Positions 24,701 through 37,699 are shown, counted from the stretch's first letter. The stretch is 64,000 nucleotides of DNA from Dimorphilus gyrociliatus (GCA_904063045.1 CAJFCJ010000003.1:1-64000); one strand, 5' to 3'. Numbers and translations are program-made. The notes: generated by a model from the letters alone, not told the origin.

Positions 24701-26720
24701 CTACAGCAAACAGCGGCGTATCATGGCAGTTTCTAAGTAAGTTATTCATTGTATTGTCTTGTGAAATCAAGTTCATTTCTAGCTTTTGCCGGTTTTGAAC
24801 TTTTGTCTTTTGTATATTTCTTTAGTATATTTCAACTGTAACATTGGTCGTATTGTCTAGTCTGTATGTAGGTCAATGGTTGACATCGGCTGTCTAACCC
24901 CTTCCCTTTCTTATCTTATACACATCGCCTGCATTTTCCTGCAGTTGGTTAACCGTTATTTTAATATGTGCGTTAATTTAAAACTAGGTCGAACCAGTTT
25001 TTTATAGGCTGAAAAATACTTTTTTCATTATATGTAGGTCGAATAATGCGCCACATGCGCGTGCGCATCTGTATAGATACTAGACGACTACTATGTACTG
25101 TTAAAAATGTGCCCTGTCTATATAGGTCAAAAGATACTAGACGGCAATTATTTATACCAATATTATAACCTGTCCAGTCATCTAAATACGCTGTAGGTTA
25201 AAATAACCAGTCACCTCTTTATAGGGTGACTATTATGTAGGTCGAAAATAACGAGCTGCATTGTCTGTGTAGGCAAAAAAAAATATACTCTGCCGCAATG
25301 TAGGTCAAATAACAACTGGCATCTAAATAGGCGAAAAACACTAGGCCACTGTCTGGGTGAAATAGCAAAACGCCTCTAGTCTGTCCATACATAAGTTAAA
25401 TATGTAGGCCAAATAGATGGCCTTTTGTTTTATATTTTACTATATGGTTAGAGAAGAAAATAAGCGTTAACTTCCTTTTTAAGCCTATCTATCTTTTGGC
25501 ATTGGTGGATATAGATATCGTCACATTTATATTTCATTATCCTTTATGATTTCTATACGATATTACTTATTATTACTGCTATATTTATTATTACAGTTAG
25601 GTTATATATGCATATTGTTTATGCGTAGGTCAATAGCTGAGTACTGTTTATGACACTGTGCCGCCGCCACCACCAACGCTGTCTATATGTAGGTCAATAG
25701 CCCTATACTGCCACCATTGCCGCCACCGCAAACTACCATTGATACTGCTGGCGCCACCAACGCCAATATCGATACCGCTAGCGCCACCAATGCCACCGCC
25801 GCCACACATCGATACAGCTAGCGCCACCACCGCCTTTCGCCACTATCGATACAGCTAGCGCCACCAACGCCATCGCCTCCACCATCGATACAGCTAGCGC
25901 CACCACCGCCTTCCGCCACTATCGATACTGCTAGCACCACCAACGCCACAGCCACCTTTAAAAAATATTGGCTGTACTTTGTTGTATTATAATTGTAGGA
26001 ATTTCTGGTTCATCACAACTGTAATTGTCCTTTGCAATCATTGACCAACTTGCCAAAGTACTCACACAAATAGAATCTTTCAAGTTTGTCCACAAATAGT
26101 CTTACAAAGGCAATTTCGGTAGAAAAGAATCAACAAAACACAAGTATTTCATGCAAAGAATATGTATTGAGTAAAATGAGCTTCTAGTTCTAAACAAGCT
26201 AGTTTAAACAACTAGGTGACAGTTAGAAAGCTGAACTATGAACTGTTAATTTCGTAGGGTTTATATGCTCTTTAAAGGGTTCATAGTTGACAAAAACAAA
26301 AGTTGTAAATATGGTCATGTTTTTATTGTTTTCCTCTTCGAAATAATAGTTGAATTTCTCAGGTTGGAGAGTTGCATAACATGTAGCAATTTTAGTAGGA
26401 CAAATCGAACAATGAAGAAAACATGTAGATTGTATATTTGACTGTTATATCTGATTAATGCATTTTAAGAAGAATAGTGAATATAATCTAAAGTTAGAAT
26501 TGAAGCATAATTGATAATTAATTCAAGCAGTTTTAGTTGAAAATCGTAAATGTATGGATTAATAAATTGTAATATTAATGCTAGGTTGCAAATAGCAAAT
26601 ATTCTTTATATAATTTAATAGGTTTTATTGCTGCGTAATGTGTATGCAATGCCCTACACAAAACTAGACGCCACTGTTTATCTATAGGCTGAAAAATAGA
26701 AATGTTCCTATGTAGATTTT
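21780..26720. promoter_or_regulatory. Repeat-rich region between divergent ORF clusters, with about 30 (T)A(T)GTAGGTCA-like motifs and GCC(A/G)CC-rich patches
   Basis: Motif seen at about 22527, 23285, 23460, 24866, 25031, 25232, 25297 and 25686. Direct duplication at 21806 and 23630. GC-rich tandem repeats at 22070-22135 and 25660-25960. Regulatory role is inferred from position. Confidence 0.5.
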
Positions 26721-26764
26721 AAAAAAAGAGTTGACTCTGTTTATACAAAATTCATATACATACA

Positions 26765-28294
26765 ATGCAGTTATTTACCTCAATTAGGATGAATATTAAA
26801 TGGTTTATGGCATATAAGACCCTGCCCTATCAGCATCCCCACATTGATATAAATAGGACCTCATTAAGGTTTCAGTTAAGGTACATTCTTAGCTGTTACT
26901 TTAACGATGAAAATTCAAAAGTGGCTGACCATTTACTCAAAAGGATGAATGATGAGTTGAACAATATAACATTACCAGGCCCAAACAAGTTAGACAACTA
27001 TAGACATTCAGCAGAAGATAATCCGTTTCAACAACTATTTCACTGGATTGAACAACTGCCAATTATTACCAAAAGTTGCTTTAAAGAATATTATTCACTG
27101 ACCAAAAAATTAGACCAGTATTTTTATTTAAAAAGACTATTAAGATTATTAGAATCGAAGGAAGAACTTATTCAAGAAATGCAATTCGTTAATGGAGAAA
27201 TTCAAAACAAAAAGAGACATTTAAAAAATTTTAAAACCAATTACTTTGACGAATTTTCAAGAGACATGTTAGATTTTTATACAAAGGCTGTAGCACAAAC
27301 AGAACAACCCCAACAACCAATAGACACATTAACAAACATTCCTCAACATCAACTCCAACAAGTCAATACAGATACAGATATTGCTGTTCAGACAGAAAAA
27401 CTGCAAACTGTTGATGTGGCTACTCAAATCGTTAAAACATTTAAAGATGCTTCAAGCCAAACAACCATCCCACAATTATATACAAAAAGTAGACTAAAAG
27501 AAAATTCCAAGCCTGATATTATTCAAGTTATTGATTCTGATGTAGAAATTGAGCAAAAATCGTATGACAAACAGAGCAGAAAGCGAAAAAGACAAACTAT
27601 TGTTGTAGAGGAGGAGTCAAATTCGCCATCAAAAAAACAGAGAAAACAACAACAAAAGCCAACCGCCAAAACAACTGTTCAACCTCAGCAGAACAATATT
27701 GAAGACAGGGCTAGGCAAATTAATTTCGATTATTTAAGGAAAGTAAATGAAAAAGTTGTAAATTTTCACCACTTTACACATGTTACAAGAAAAAATGTAA
27801 TTATTGATCAGGATTTTAATTGTGTAAAAAGCATTCCATTTGTTAGTAATGAACACTTTCATTTATTATTTATTGCTGATGACACCTTTCAAAAAGTAAC
27901 ACCTAAAAGAGCCTTCAAAATAAAATATCCTATTATTGGCAATAGGAGAAAAGTACTTTTCATTCAGATTGAACACCTACGTTTTTTGGACATAATTTCA
28001 ATTTTACAAAATTGGACTCTTTCATTTGACAAATTATTTGTTTTCATAAAGGACCAGCCCATCAAACCCTATACGAAATTACAAACAGTGCCAGTTAGAT
28101 TAGAAAAGATTACATTTCCTCACAACTATTTTACAACACATTATGAAAAAATTTTCAAAGAAAATCAAATGAATTTTATTGCCCTTCCAAAAACGCTTGA
28201 AGAAAAACTTGTTAAGCAAAAAGGTGGCTTTAATCCATTGGAAGAAAAAGAAGATCAGAAGATGCTACTTGAAAATTTTCTTTATAAATTATAA
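26765..28294 (+). CDS. ORF1-like protein (509 aa): helical/coiled-coil N-terminus, Q/K-rich linker, SGNH-like C-terminus; paralogous to the N-terminal half of the RT ORF
   Basis: SLRFQLRYILSCYF versus DLHKQLKFIIEKYI, LDNYRH versus LDNYAH, and IADDTF...W versus ICDSSF...W in the RT ORF. Confidence 0.82.
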   Translation: MQLFTSIRMNIKWFMAYKTLPYQHPHIDINRTSLRFQLRYILSCYFNDENSKVADHLLKRMNDELNNITLPGPNKLDNYRHSAEDNPFQQLFHWIEQLPIITKSCFKEYYSLTKKLDQYFYLKRLLRLLESKEELIQEMQFVNGEIQNKKRHLKNFKTNYFDEFSRDMLDFYTKAVAQTEQPQQPIDTLTNIPQHQLQQVNTDTDIAVQTEKLQTVDVATQIVKTFKDASSQTTIPQLYTKSRLKENSKPDIIQVIDSDVEIEQKSYDKQSRKRKRQTIVVEEESNSPSKKQRKQQQKPTAKTTVQPQQNNIEDRARQINFDYLRKVNEKVVNFHHFTHVTRKNVIIDQDFNCVKSIPFVSNEHFHLLFIADDTFQKVTPKRAFKIKYPIIGNRRKVLFIQIEHLRFLDIISILQNWTLSFDKLFVFIKDQPIKPYTKLQTVPVRLEKITFPHNYFTTHYEKIFKENQMNFIALPKTLEEKLVKQKGGFNPLEEKEDQKMLLENFLYKL

Positions 28295-28502
28295 ATGTTT
28301 CTTTATGTTGTAATCGTTTCCTATTCATTTTGGTTCATATTCATTTAGTTTCATTTCAGTGTTGTTTCTTTAAAAATTTACTTTTCTCTTCAACTGTTCC
28401 ACAAATAAACCATGTTTTTAATTTAACTTTATAAAACCACCATTCTTCCATATTTTTTACTAATTTACTCATTCATTACACTATCTTATGACCTAATTTT
28501 TA

Positions 28503-28612
28503 ATGGTGCGCGAAAATCACATTTACTGCTTGCTGATTGGTTCAAACATCCTGTAACTGAATTTAAATTGTGCGCGAAAATCACATTTACTGTATGCTAA
28601 TTGGTTCAAACC
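28503..28612. promoter_or_regulatory. Duplicated 64-bp module, each copy with E2F-like GCGCGAAAA, CCAAT box (ATTGG) and CHR-like TTCAAA
   Basis: Motifs at 28508/28536/28541 and 28572/28600/28605, upstream of TATATAAA at 28892 and a GTAAGA donor-like site at 28975. Confidence 0.55.
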
Positions 28613-30602
28613 GGCCTGGGAACATATTTAAATGCAAAAGAGAATCGAATTATTTATTGAATTGATAATTGTGGAAAGCGTCAAGGACTCTACAAATTGT
28701 TAGATGAATTAAAAATATTAAAAAGAATCCCTGAAAGAGTTTTGAGGGAGAGTGTCAGGGTTAGGCACTTATCACTTAATCTCCTTTCTTCAAAAACCCT
28801 TCAACTTTCATTGATATGACACATCTCTGACAGCATTGTTTCAATCTTATCAGGGGTTTTTCTTGACATGGGGGTCTTCTCTCCCCAACCATATATAAAC
28901 CCTCCACTTCGTCATTCCACCATTGGTGACCATTGAGGAAAGACTACTCTGTCAGACTACTCTCTCTGCTACCAGTAAGATCTCTTTCACTATTCCCCAA
29001 CTATATTCTTCTGAATGGTTGAGTGAATATATACAATATATATATCGTTAGAATCGCCAGATGGCGCTCTATAACCTCATTTAAATATTTATAGTATTTT
29101 AAATTGTTTTTTTTTTAACGGCAGCTTCAATGCAACTTTGATTTCTATTATCTTTTTCTAATAATTCTCTTGTGTTGTTATGCTACAGAATCCCTACGTT
29201 TTCATTGAATATTTTTGGAATCTGTCTGAATTTTTTATTATCAATATTGGTGAGTTGTTGTTACAACCCTGAATTTTTCCTCTCTTTCAAAAATCCATTC
29301 TGATAATATTTTACGATTGTAGAAGAATTATCATCAAACAATTTGCTAGAAAAGAAACTATCCACATATAAGAAATATATTTCTTTTTGACACTGGTAAA
29401 TATTTTGTACTCTTTACAAAACATGTCTATTGTAATATTCTTTCTAAACAAATTTTAACAGTGTGACAAAACTTGTTGCCACAACAACATCCAATCTACC
29501 AACAGTTCTCATCTTTTTTCAAATATCTTTTGAAGGAAATCATTCACTTCTAACAAGGTATGTTTTGTTTTTGTTTTCAAGAGTTTTGTCTTTTTTCAGT
29601 AAATTTCATGGCTTTTGCTATGAATTTTCTCACTGTTCATTTATTTACTTCTACATATACTGTATATATATATATATTAACTTCAATACAGAGTTAGACC
29701 ATGAACTGTTTGCTATTCTTCCTTTTCACAAAAATTACAAACATTTCTTTTAAAAATGTTCAGATTATTTGAATTCGTTGGCTTTTGCTATCAACATTCA
29801 ACTTGAAAACATTTGCAAAATAATCTGAATAAGTGAATCTTATTTTTCTAAATTCGCACCAATAGATTATGTGTTGATTGACTTGGCTTTATTTGGCTAA
29901 CGATTTCAACTTTTTGAAATAATCTATCTCTTGTCAACAAAATTGTCAAAAGTTTTTTTGTTTTTAAAAACAGGGTTTGCTTCCATTCAATTGATTGATT
30001 GATTACGCTTTTCAAGTGTTTGATATTGACTTTGATATTGTGAATCTTTAATAAAAAAGAAAAGGTTACTGTCTGATGTAATGTTTATTGATTTGGCTTT
30101 TTGTTTTTGCTAATGATTTAGACTTTGAACATCGATATCCTTTTAAGAAAATATACAATTTAATATTAAAATTTTTTCTTTTGCATTTTGAAATTATTTT
30201 AAGAGGCTTATGAATTTAATGTTAATTGATTTGGCTTTTTTGGCTAAAGATTTTGACTTTGTAAATTTATAATGTTAAAAAAAAAATTCACAGTATTGTT
30301 GTATAATTCAATTCAATTTCTCTTGCTTTTCAAGTAATTGACTTTGACCTGGTTATTCCATAATACTTAATCATTCTATGATTTTTTTTTGGCAAGTAAA
30401 GATTCACCATCTAAATTTCTTTTCAATTTTTTTTTTGTTAAATTTTTCAAATTTTTTACAATTGCTCTTTTCATTCTCCTTTCCTATATACAAAAATTGG
30501 AAGAATAGATTTTTTATGCATTATTTCTTTGTTCATCTTGTTTGCTTTATGCCAATGTTTTTTTTTATTTATGTTTTGCTTTTTTTGTGCCAAAAAAAGA
30601 TT

Positions 30603-32963
30603 ATGAATTCTAAACTCCAAAAGACGGAATTCAAAGGAAAAGTGAACAAACTTCATCCCTGGTTCTACCCTGACGACATCTTTAAGGAAAAAGAATGCTT
30701 GAAATACAACAACAAAACAGTACAAATGGATCTCCATAAACAATTAAAGTTTATCATTGAGAAATACATCGAAAAACATAATGGAGTTCCTTTCAAAAAG
30801 ATATGCAGCTCCTCAGAAAATTTGTATTTTACCAATAGATTCAACATTACAGCTGAAATTCAAGAGTCGATGAAGGAAGAATTTAAAAACTTTAAATTGG
30901 TCATTGAAAAGAAATATATCGAAAATCTTAACAAGTTTTTAGATTTGGATAATTATGCTCATAACATTTCCATGCTTTGCAAAGATTTCCACAAGAATGA
31001 TATTAGAAGATATATTTCAAAAGTGTTTCTAGAAAAATCTTTACTACTAGAAAAGGAATTTGTCGAGGAAACAAAAAATAGTTTATTGCATTTCTGCTTA
31101 AAATGCAAAAACAGTGCAGAAACTTTTAAAAAACAAAAAAGCAAAAAGACCAATGGAGCAGAAAAAGAAAAGGATAAATCAAACATTCAACAGCAAGTTG
31201 AAGCAAGACTAGAGATTGAGAAAGAAAAGGACCAAACAAAAATTTGTGAAACACTTTTAAATGAAGAAGATTACAAGAAACTTGAAGAAACACATCTTAT
31301 TGATAATGTAATTATCACAGAATCAATTTTGGATAAGAAAGATGCAATGGAAAGAAGGACAAGTACCAACAGAAGAATTCAGTTACCTCAATTAGATGTT
31401 GTTCTTACATGTGCAAATGAAAATGATGATCCTATAATTGATGGTGGAAAATCTTTAAATGAAAAGCCTACTACTTCCAAAAGAGAATTTGTGGTGGTTC
31501 ATAAGAAGCCAGAGGAAGTTGAGGATGATCAATCAATTTTTGAAAAAAAGACTTCCAACAATGTGGTTAAACAAAGACTTTTTGGAAAAGAACATTCTAC
31601 AACATCAAACTTAATGAACCTAACTGAAACAAAAACAAGAGATACAGTTCAACAACCTCCTTCCCAACACATTTTAGATGATATCATCAGACATGCTTTG
31701 AATGAGGAGAATGTGGTAACAAAATTAAATTTCTCAAAAAATAGTGTTGATTGGGTATCACCCTTAAAGACATCATCACCAATACTAGAAACAGAACCCA
31801 AACAAAATCAAATTGTTCAGAATGACACCAGTTACAGTATTTCACTTGACTCTAGCGAAATGGATTTATTCGATGAAGCAGCTTGGATAGAATTAGAGGA
31901 GAGGAAATCTGAAGCTGAAGCTCAATCATCTAAAGAAAAAATAAAAGTCAACAAAAATTTTTCTTTTGATGGATGCAATTTTCTCATTCTCAGTATGACT
32001 GATCATATTACAAATTATAAAGGATGGAGAATGGTTGTTAGAAACCATTATAGGAAGGATAAAAAGTTAATCGATCTCTATAGAGAATGGGGGAAAATTT
32101 TTCTCTCAGACAGAGAGGCAAAGAATTATGCAAAATTATTGGAACCAAATATTCCATTAAAAACAGACTTTTTCATGATATGTGACAGCTCTTTTAGAGA
32201 TGTCCAAATAAAGAATATAGCATTGTCTGGTCAAAAATACAATGCTTGTAAAAATGGCATCATGATAAACATCAGCCAATTAAATTTTGACGACGTTTTG
32301 GCAATTATTACAAAATGGGATATTAATTATAAATATGTCTTTATTCATGCCAACTTGAATTCGTCAAAAGCTACTTGTGGAATTGCAACAGTTTTGAAGA
32401 GGAAGTTTGGAAATTGTAAAAATGTTATCATTGCTATTCCATTTGGTACAAAACCATTCTTTTCTTCTTATAAGGATGTTAAGATGGCAGCAACAGATAG
32501 AGCTACAATACTGGATTTGACTAACATGAAGAGCTTGGGATTTTTTGAAAGTCCAACTGGAAATTCGAAATCTAAACACTTGACAAAAAAATGTCAGGAA
32601 TTTTCCATCAACTTGATAATGAAAAGCTTGGGAAGAATTGTGAATGATAAAGATACATCTGTTAATAAGGTAGCTATTTTTGGTAGGATGTTAAATATGC
32701 AATATGTTGTTAATCTAAGCAAATATCAGATTCCCAGTCACATATACCATTTCTTGAACCTTGGTTTAAAATTTGTATATGAAATCATTAAACCAAAGAA
32801 ATGGAAGCAATATACTTTATTTAATTTAGAAAAATTTTTTAAAAAATTGTCAATTGTTTGTAAACAAAACAAAAAATCAGGCACAGATTTCAATCTTAGG
32901 TATATTAATCACCAATGGAAGCCAAAAGATAATCACATAAATATTGATTGTAATCAAATTCAA

Positions 32964-32994
<31 letters not shown>

Positions 32995-35435
32995 CTGAAA
33001 ATGATGATCTGCTAAAATTTTACAACACCTGCAGAAAAGCTATCAACAATCATCTGCTCAGAGGAAAATTCAAAAAACTTGAAAAATTTGATAAAGACTT
33101 TTTTACATCTTTAACAGAATTTCTCTCATTGAACATTGTTATCAAACCAGCTGACAAAGGATCCTGCATTGTAATACAAAACACTCACGATTATATTCAA
33201 ATGTGCAATCAGCTACTCTCAGACAAAAGACAATACTGCCAACTATCTACAACTTGTAATATCAATGGTTCTGGTGAAGATGAATTTTTGAAGAAATCAG
33301 TATCCTATTACAAAGATTTGATTAACACTTTCAAAGTTACATTGAATGAAAATGAATATAAACAATTGTTGGATTCTCTATCATCAAAGAAGCATTCTTT
33401 TAAGAATAGGATTTTTTATGGATTACCAAAGATACACAAAGACATGGATGAATGGCTTGTAAGAGGGACAATTCCAAAAGGCAGACCAGTTGTTAGCAAC
33501 CTAGGAACAGAATCTTTTGAAATATCAAGATACCTGTCACATCACCTCAAACCAATCAGTATGCTGCATTCATCATATATTGGCAATACACAACAGCTGT
33601 TACATGAACTTGAACAAGTGAAAATTCCTAATGGTGCACTCCTCATAACATTGGATGTTAAAAACATGTATACAAACATTAATACGTATACTGGACTAAA
33701 AGCTGTTAAATATTTTCTACAAAAGATTCCTTCAAAGCAGAGATCTGATGACTTTCTTATTGAGCTTCTCAAATTCAACTTGCATAAGAATCATTTCAAG
33801 TTTTTGAACAAAACATATTTGCAAAAGAGTGGTTGTGCAATGGGTCAGAGTTATGCTCCAGCCTATGCAAACATTTGGATGGCTTGGATTGAAGAAGTCT
33901 ATCTTTTTAATATTCAACCTTCGCCTATATTTTATAAAAGATATTTGGATGATATTTTCTTAATTTGGACAAGCAGTTTGGATGAATTTTATAAATACCT
34001 CTACAAAGCTAATAGTATATTAAAAAATTTAAAGTTCAAAGAAACTATCAGCTCAGAATCTATCAACTTTTTAGATTTGACTCTCTTCAAAGGAACAAGA
34101 TTTCTCTCAACAAACCAATTGGATCATACAACTTTTTTTAAAAGTTGTGAAACATTCCGCCAACTCCATAAAAGTTCTTTTCATCCAAAACATATTTTTA
34201 AAGGAATTTTGAAATCTCAATTTCAAAGATTTCTAACAAACAGCTCTTCTCAGTTTCTATTTTCTCAAACTTGTCAAACTGTTATGAAACCTCTTTTAGA
34301 TCAAGGCTACAAAAGAAAGGAAATAATCAAAATCGTCAGAATTGTAGTTAAAGAAAAAGCCAAAAAGGATCAGTTTGAAAAAATGTTGGCAGAAAATAAA
34401 AGCACAAATTTATATATTCCACATGAGTTTTCTTTGCATTTTAATACAAGAGAAAAAATATTCTGCCCATTGAAAATGAATTTTTTACACAGGAGAAATT
34501 GTGTAAATCTAACAGAAAAGGCATCACAAGTATTTCTACTTCAATGTAAAGAATGTGGGCAGTTGATGTTTTTCTCCACACAACAACAACATACCAATAT
34601 CAACATTTTCCAAACTCTATTTTTCCTTTTAACAAGGAAATATTTAAAACTAGAGAATAATGAACTTATGGAAAACTTTATCCAGCATCATCATTTTGCA
34701 GAAAATCATTTAAATATAACAATATTCCCTTATGAACAATTACAAACTAACTTATCAACAGTCCAAATGAATCAATATATCTATCATCTCAACATCAAAC
34801 ACATTATGTATCATCCTTTTGGTTTAGCTAGATATACAAGTTGTCAGATATTTACAAAACTACCATTTGTTATGCCCTATCAAAAAAATCTTGGACCATT
34901 GTTAAAAATATTATCAAACACTTATGGCAACTTGACAAAAAACATTGAAATATTTAAACAAATTCCACTGATATTTGCTTTTACAAACAACAAATGCAGC
35001 TATTTTCAATTAATTCATAATAACATATCTTACAAACAGCAACAAAATAAATCCATTTCTTCGTCCATTTCTTCCACTTCTTCCACTTCTTCCAGTGAAA
35101 AGGATAGCAGCCAAGAAGTGAAAAAAACATCAGAAGAAGAAAATCATTCATTAAAGAAATTAAACAAGAGGAAAAGCACACCATCCAACACTCTTTCAAC
35201 TCCTCAAGGAAAAAAATCCAAATGTGAAAATCTAGAAGGTGAACATTCAAATGAGAAATATTGTGAAGCAAAATCAGGCAATGAAAAGTTTAAAACACCT
35301 TCTCCTCCATCTTCATCACTAACAAAAACAAGAAAATTTTCTCTAAAGAGAAAAGTTGAAAATGAAGAACAGCAACACCAACAAGCATCACAGAAAATTA
35401 TAAGAACTGGACGAAGAATTAAAAAGAAACTGTAA
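30603..35435 (+). CDS. Penelope-like reverse transcriptase polyprotein (about 1610 aa from MNSKLQ): helical N-terminus, SGNH-like domain, RT core and thumb, degenerate GIY-YIG-like domain, basic tail
   Basis: PLE-typical motifs IKPADKG, FYGLPKIHK, GRPVVSN, LDVKNMYTNI, QKSGCAMG.SYAP.YAN, RYLDD, INFLDL, LH.SS.HP and GY. The track start at 30378 adds 75 T-rich codons that are probably non-coding. Confidence 0.93.
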
Positions 35436-36731
35436 ACATTTAAAATATTTTTAGAAATTGTTTCTTTAGTTAGAATACTTTTTTGTTGTTGTCTTAATAT
35501 TAGTTTAGGATTACTAACATTGCATATATATACACACATATATATATATATATCTGGTTTTTGTGTCAGTGTAGTCTTTTGCTCCATCTAAATTTTGTGG
35601 AAAAAATATAACAATATCTTGCTTCAAAATTTTTTCTTTCAAATGGCAAAAACAAGTCAGCAAAACCAAATTGAAGGCTTAGAAAAGAATGGAAATATAA
35701 CCAATGAAACACTTGCAATGGAATATTTTCTACCATTTTCTCTCAACCAATTTTTTAACTTTGGTATATTTTACAATTATCTTCATTAATTTAAAAGAGA
35801 ACAAACAAATCATCATTCTCCTCTTTTTAATGCAAATCAATTTAAAAAAGAACATGATTGAAAAAAAATTCTCACAGTTGAACAAGAAAAAGAAACAAAT
35901 CATATCAATACAGCTCATCTGGCAGAATGAAAATGTTGATGAAATGACAAGACATCAACTCAAGCATTCGAAAAAATCTAAGAGGTTTGAAATTTTATGA
36001 CAATTTAACAACAATTGTGATTTGTTGCTATTAACTGATAAGAATCTCAATTAAAACTTAGACTAGGAATATCTGAATTAATCAAAGAAACAAAATGAAA
36101 TTGTAAACAAAAATGATAATTGTGAAATAACACCAGATGTTCTTTCAACAGATATGCCAAAAAACTGACATATCAGAAATTACATAATAATGCCATATGT
36201 CATTCAACAAAAAACAAAAAAATCATATATCTGACATTTTTGTAACTTGAAATATTACACAATATGAAATGATTGACATGATATCATGCAATTGTGACAT
36301 GTGTCAATTACATAATCAGCAGCTATATAATTGGAATATTTTCCACACTTACCATCATTCCTTCAAAGTCTTCCACTACCAACACAACCCTTTCACCTTC
36401 TTCAATTCTACCAACATACAACTTCTACAAACTTAACAAAAGACAAATAACTCAACCTACAAACTCAAACAGAAAGCAATGAAACCTGCAAGTAAATACA
36501 AGGTGAGTAAATATTCCATGTTCAATAAAGTCTCAAAAGAAAGAACCATGAGTTTTTGACCCATGTTCCTTTCATTGTTTATTTATGTCATTTCCATTTA
36601 CAGTTCATACATCCACACAAAAAACAAACAAAAAATAAAACAAACAATATAATTGCAAGGAAGGAATTAATTACAGAATTGATCCTATCCTCTCCTTCAA
36701 GATAGTAGTAAGTGAAGCTATCCTCTGAAAA

Positions 36732-36781
36732 TGGCCCTGATGAGTCTTTGCTAAAGGGGAAGACGAAACCATGGTAGGTCA
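36732..36781 (+). ncRNA. Hammerhead ribozyme, first unit of the RT copy 2 3' UTR (second, slightly diverged unit at 37446-37495)
   Basis: Same core and stems as 5258-5307. Confidence 0.9.
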
Positions 36782-37699
36782 AAAATTCTTTGGCAATCAT
36801 TTGAAAACTCAACACATTGACCAAAATAAAACATACATTCAACAAAAAATTCATTCTTCATAGTTGTACAAAAAGTTCTTACTCTTGCATTCCATCTTGG
36901 GATCTCCTGAAACTTTCGATGAAAGTTATTCGACTTTTGTCAGAACTCAGATCTTAGTGTCTAGTTCAACATTATGAAAACCTAATCAGAAGTAAGGAGA
37001 GTCAAGAGGTTTGAGGAACAGTACAACTTACAAACTTACAAACTTACACTTCACCTCTGATCAACAAACAAACACAAGTACATTCTTTCCATAAAATACA
37101 AACAAATACAAACACAAACATAGATGCATCTATACATTCAAATATCACAAAAGACAATTTTTACCACAAACAATCTAAATTGCAAACAACAATAGATACA
37201 TACTCAAAAACAAAAAATACTTATCTTAAAACCTACAAACCATCAATACAACAAATCAATTTCATACAAGGTAAGACTAAGTTAACCAACAAAACACATA
37301 TACCCCAAAAAACATTATAATGTTATTTTCCAAAAACTTACAAACATCAATACAAACAAAAAATTAAAGGCAAGGTAGGACTCAGTGATAGAATTGATCC
37401 TAGCCTCCCCTTCAAGGTAGCAGTAAGAGAAGCTATACTCAGAAATGACCCTGATGAGTCTTTGCTAAAGGGGAAGACGAAACCATGGTAGGTCAAAAAT
37501 TCTTTGGCAATCATTTGAAAACTCAACACATTGACCAAAATAAAACATACATTCAACAAAAAATTCATTCTTCATAGTTGTACAAAAAGTTCTTACTCTT
37601 GCATTCCATATTGTGATCTCCTGAAACTTTCGATGAAAGTTATTCGACTTTTGTCAGAACTCAGATCTTAGTGTCTAGTTCAACATTATGAAAACCTAA

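Noticed and set aside
25648-25858. Pro-rich and Gly-rich ORFs
   Set aside because: By-products of GCC(A/G)CC tandem repeats on both strands.
30378-30602. Hydrophobic 75-aa N-terminal extension of the RT ORF as a membrane anchor
   Set aside because: Encoded by T-rich sequence resembling an intron or pyrimidine tract. MNSKLQ at 30603 is the more plausible start; not excluded without transcript data.
30603-35435. RT as telomerase (TERT), retron, group II intron or DGR enzyme; HHR units as telomerase RNA
   Set aside because: Motifs (ADKG, LPKIHK, HP thumb) are PLE-type and no TERT T/CP motifs were seen. The whole unit rather than a short template is copied into DNA.
30471-35587. Short antisense ORFs overlapping the RT gene (and their copies at 2068-4113)
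   Set aside because: Shadow frames of a long coding sequence with no recognisable motifs.
35595-36000. Possible small gene in the RT 3' UTR (64- and 98-aa ORFs)
   Set aside because: Frames are not continuous, the equivalent of the 98-aa ORF is broken in copy 1, and no motif is recognisable.
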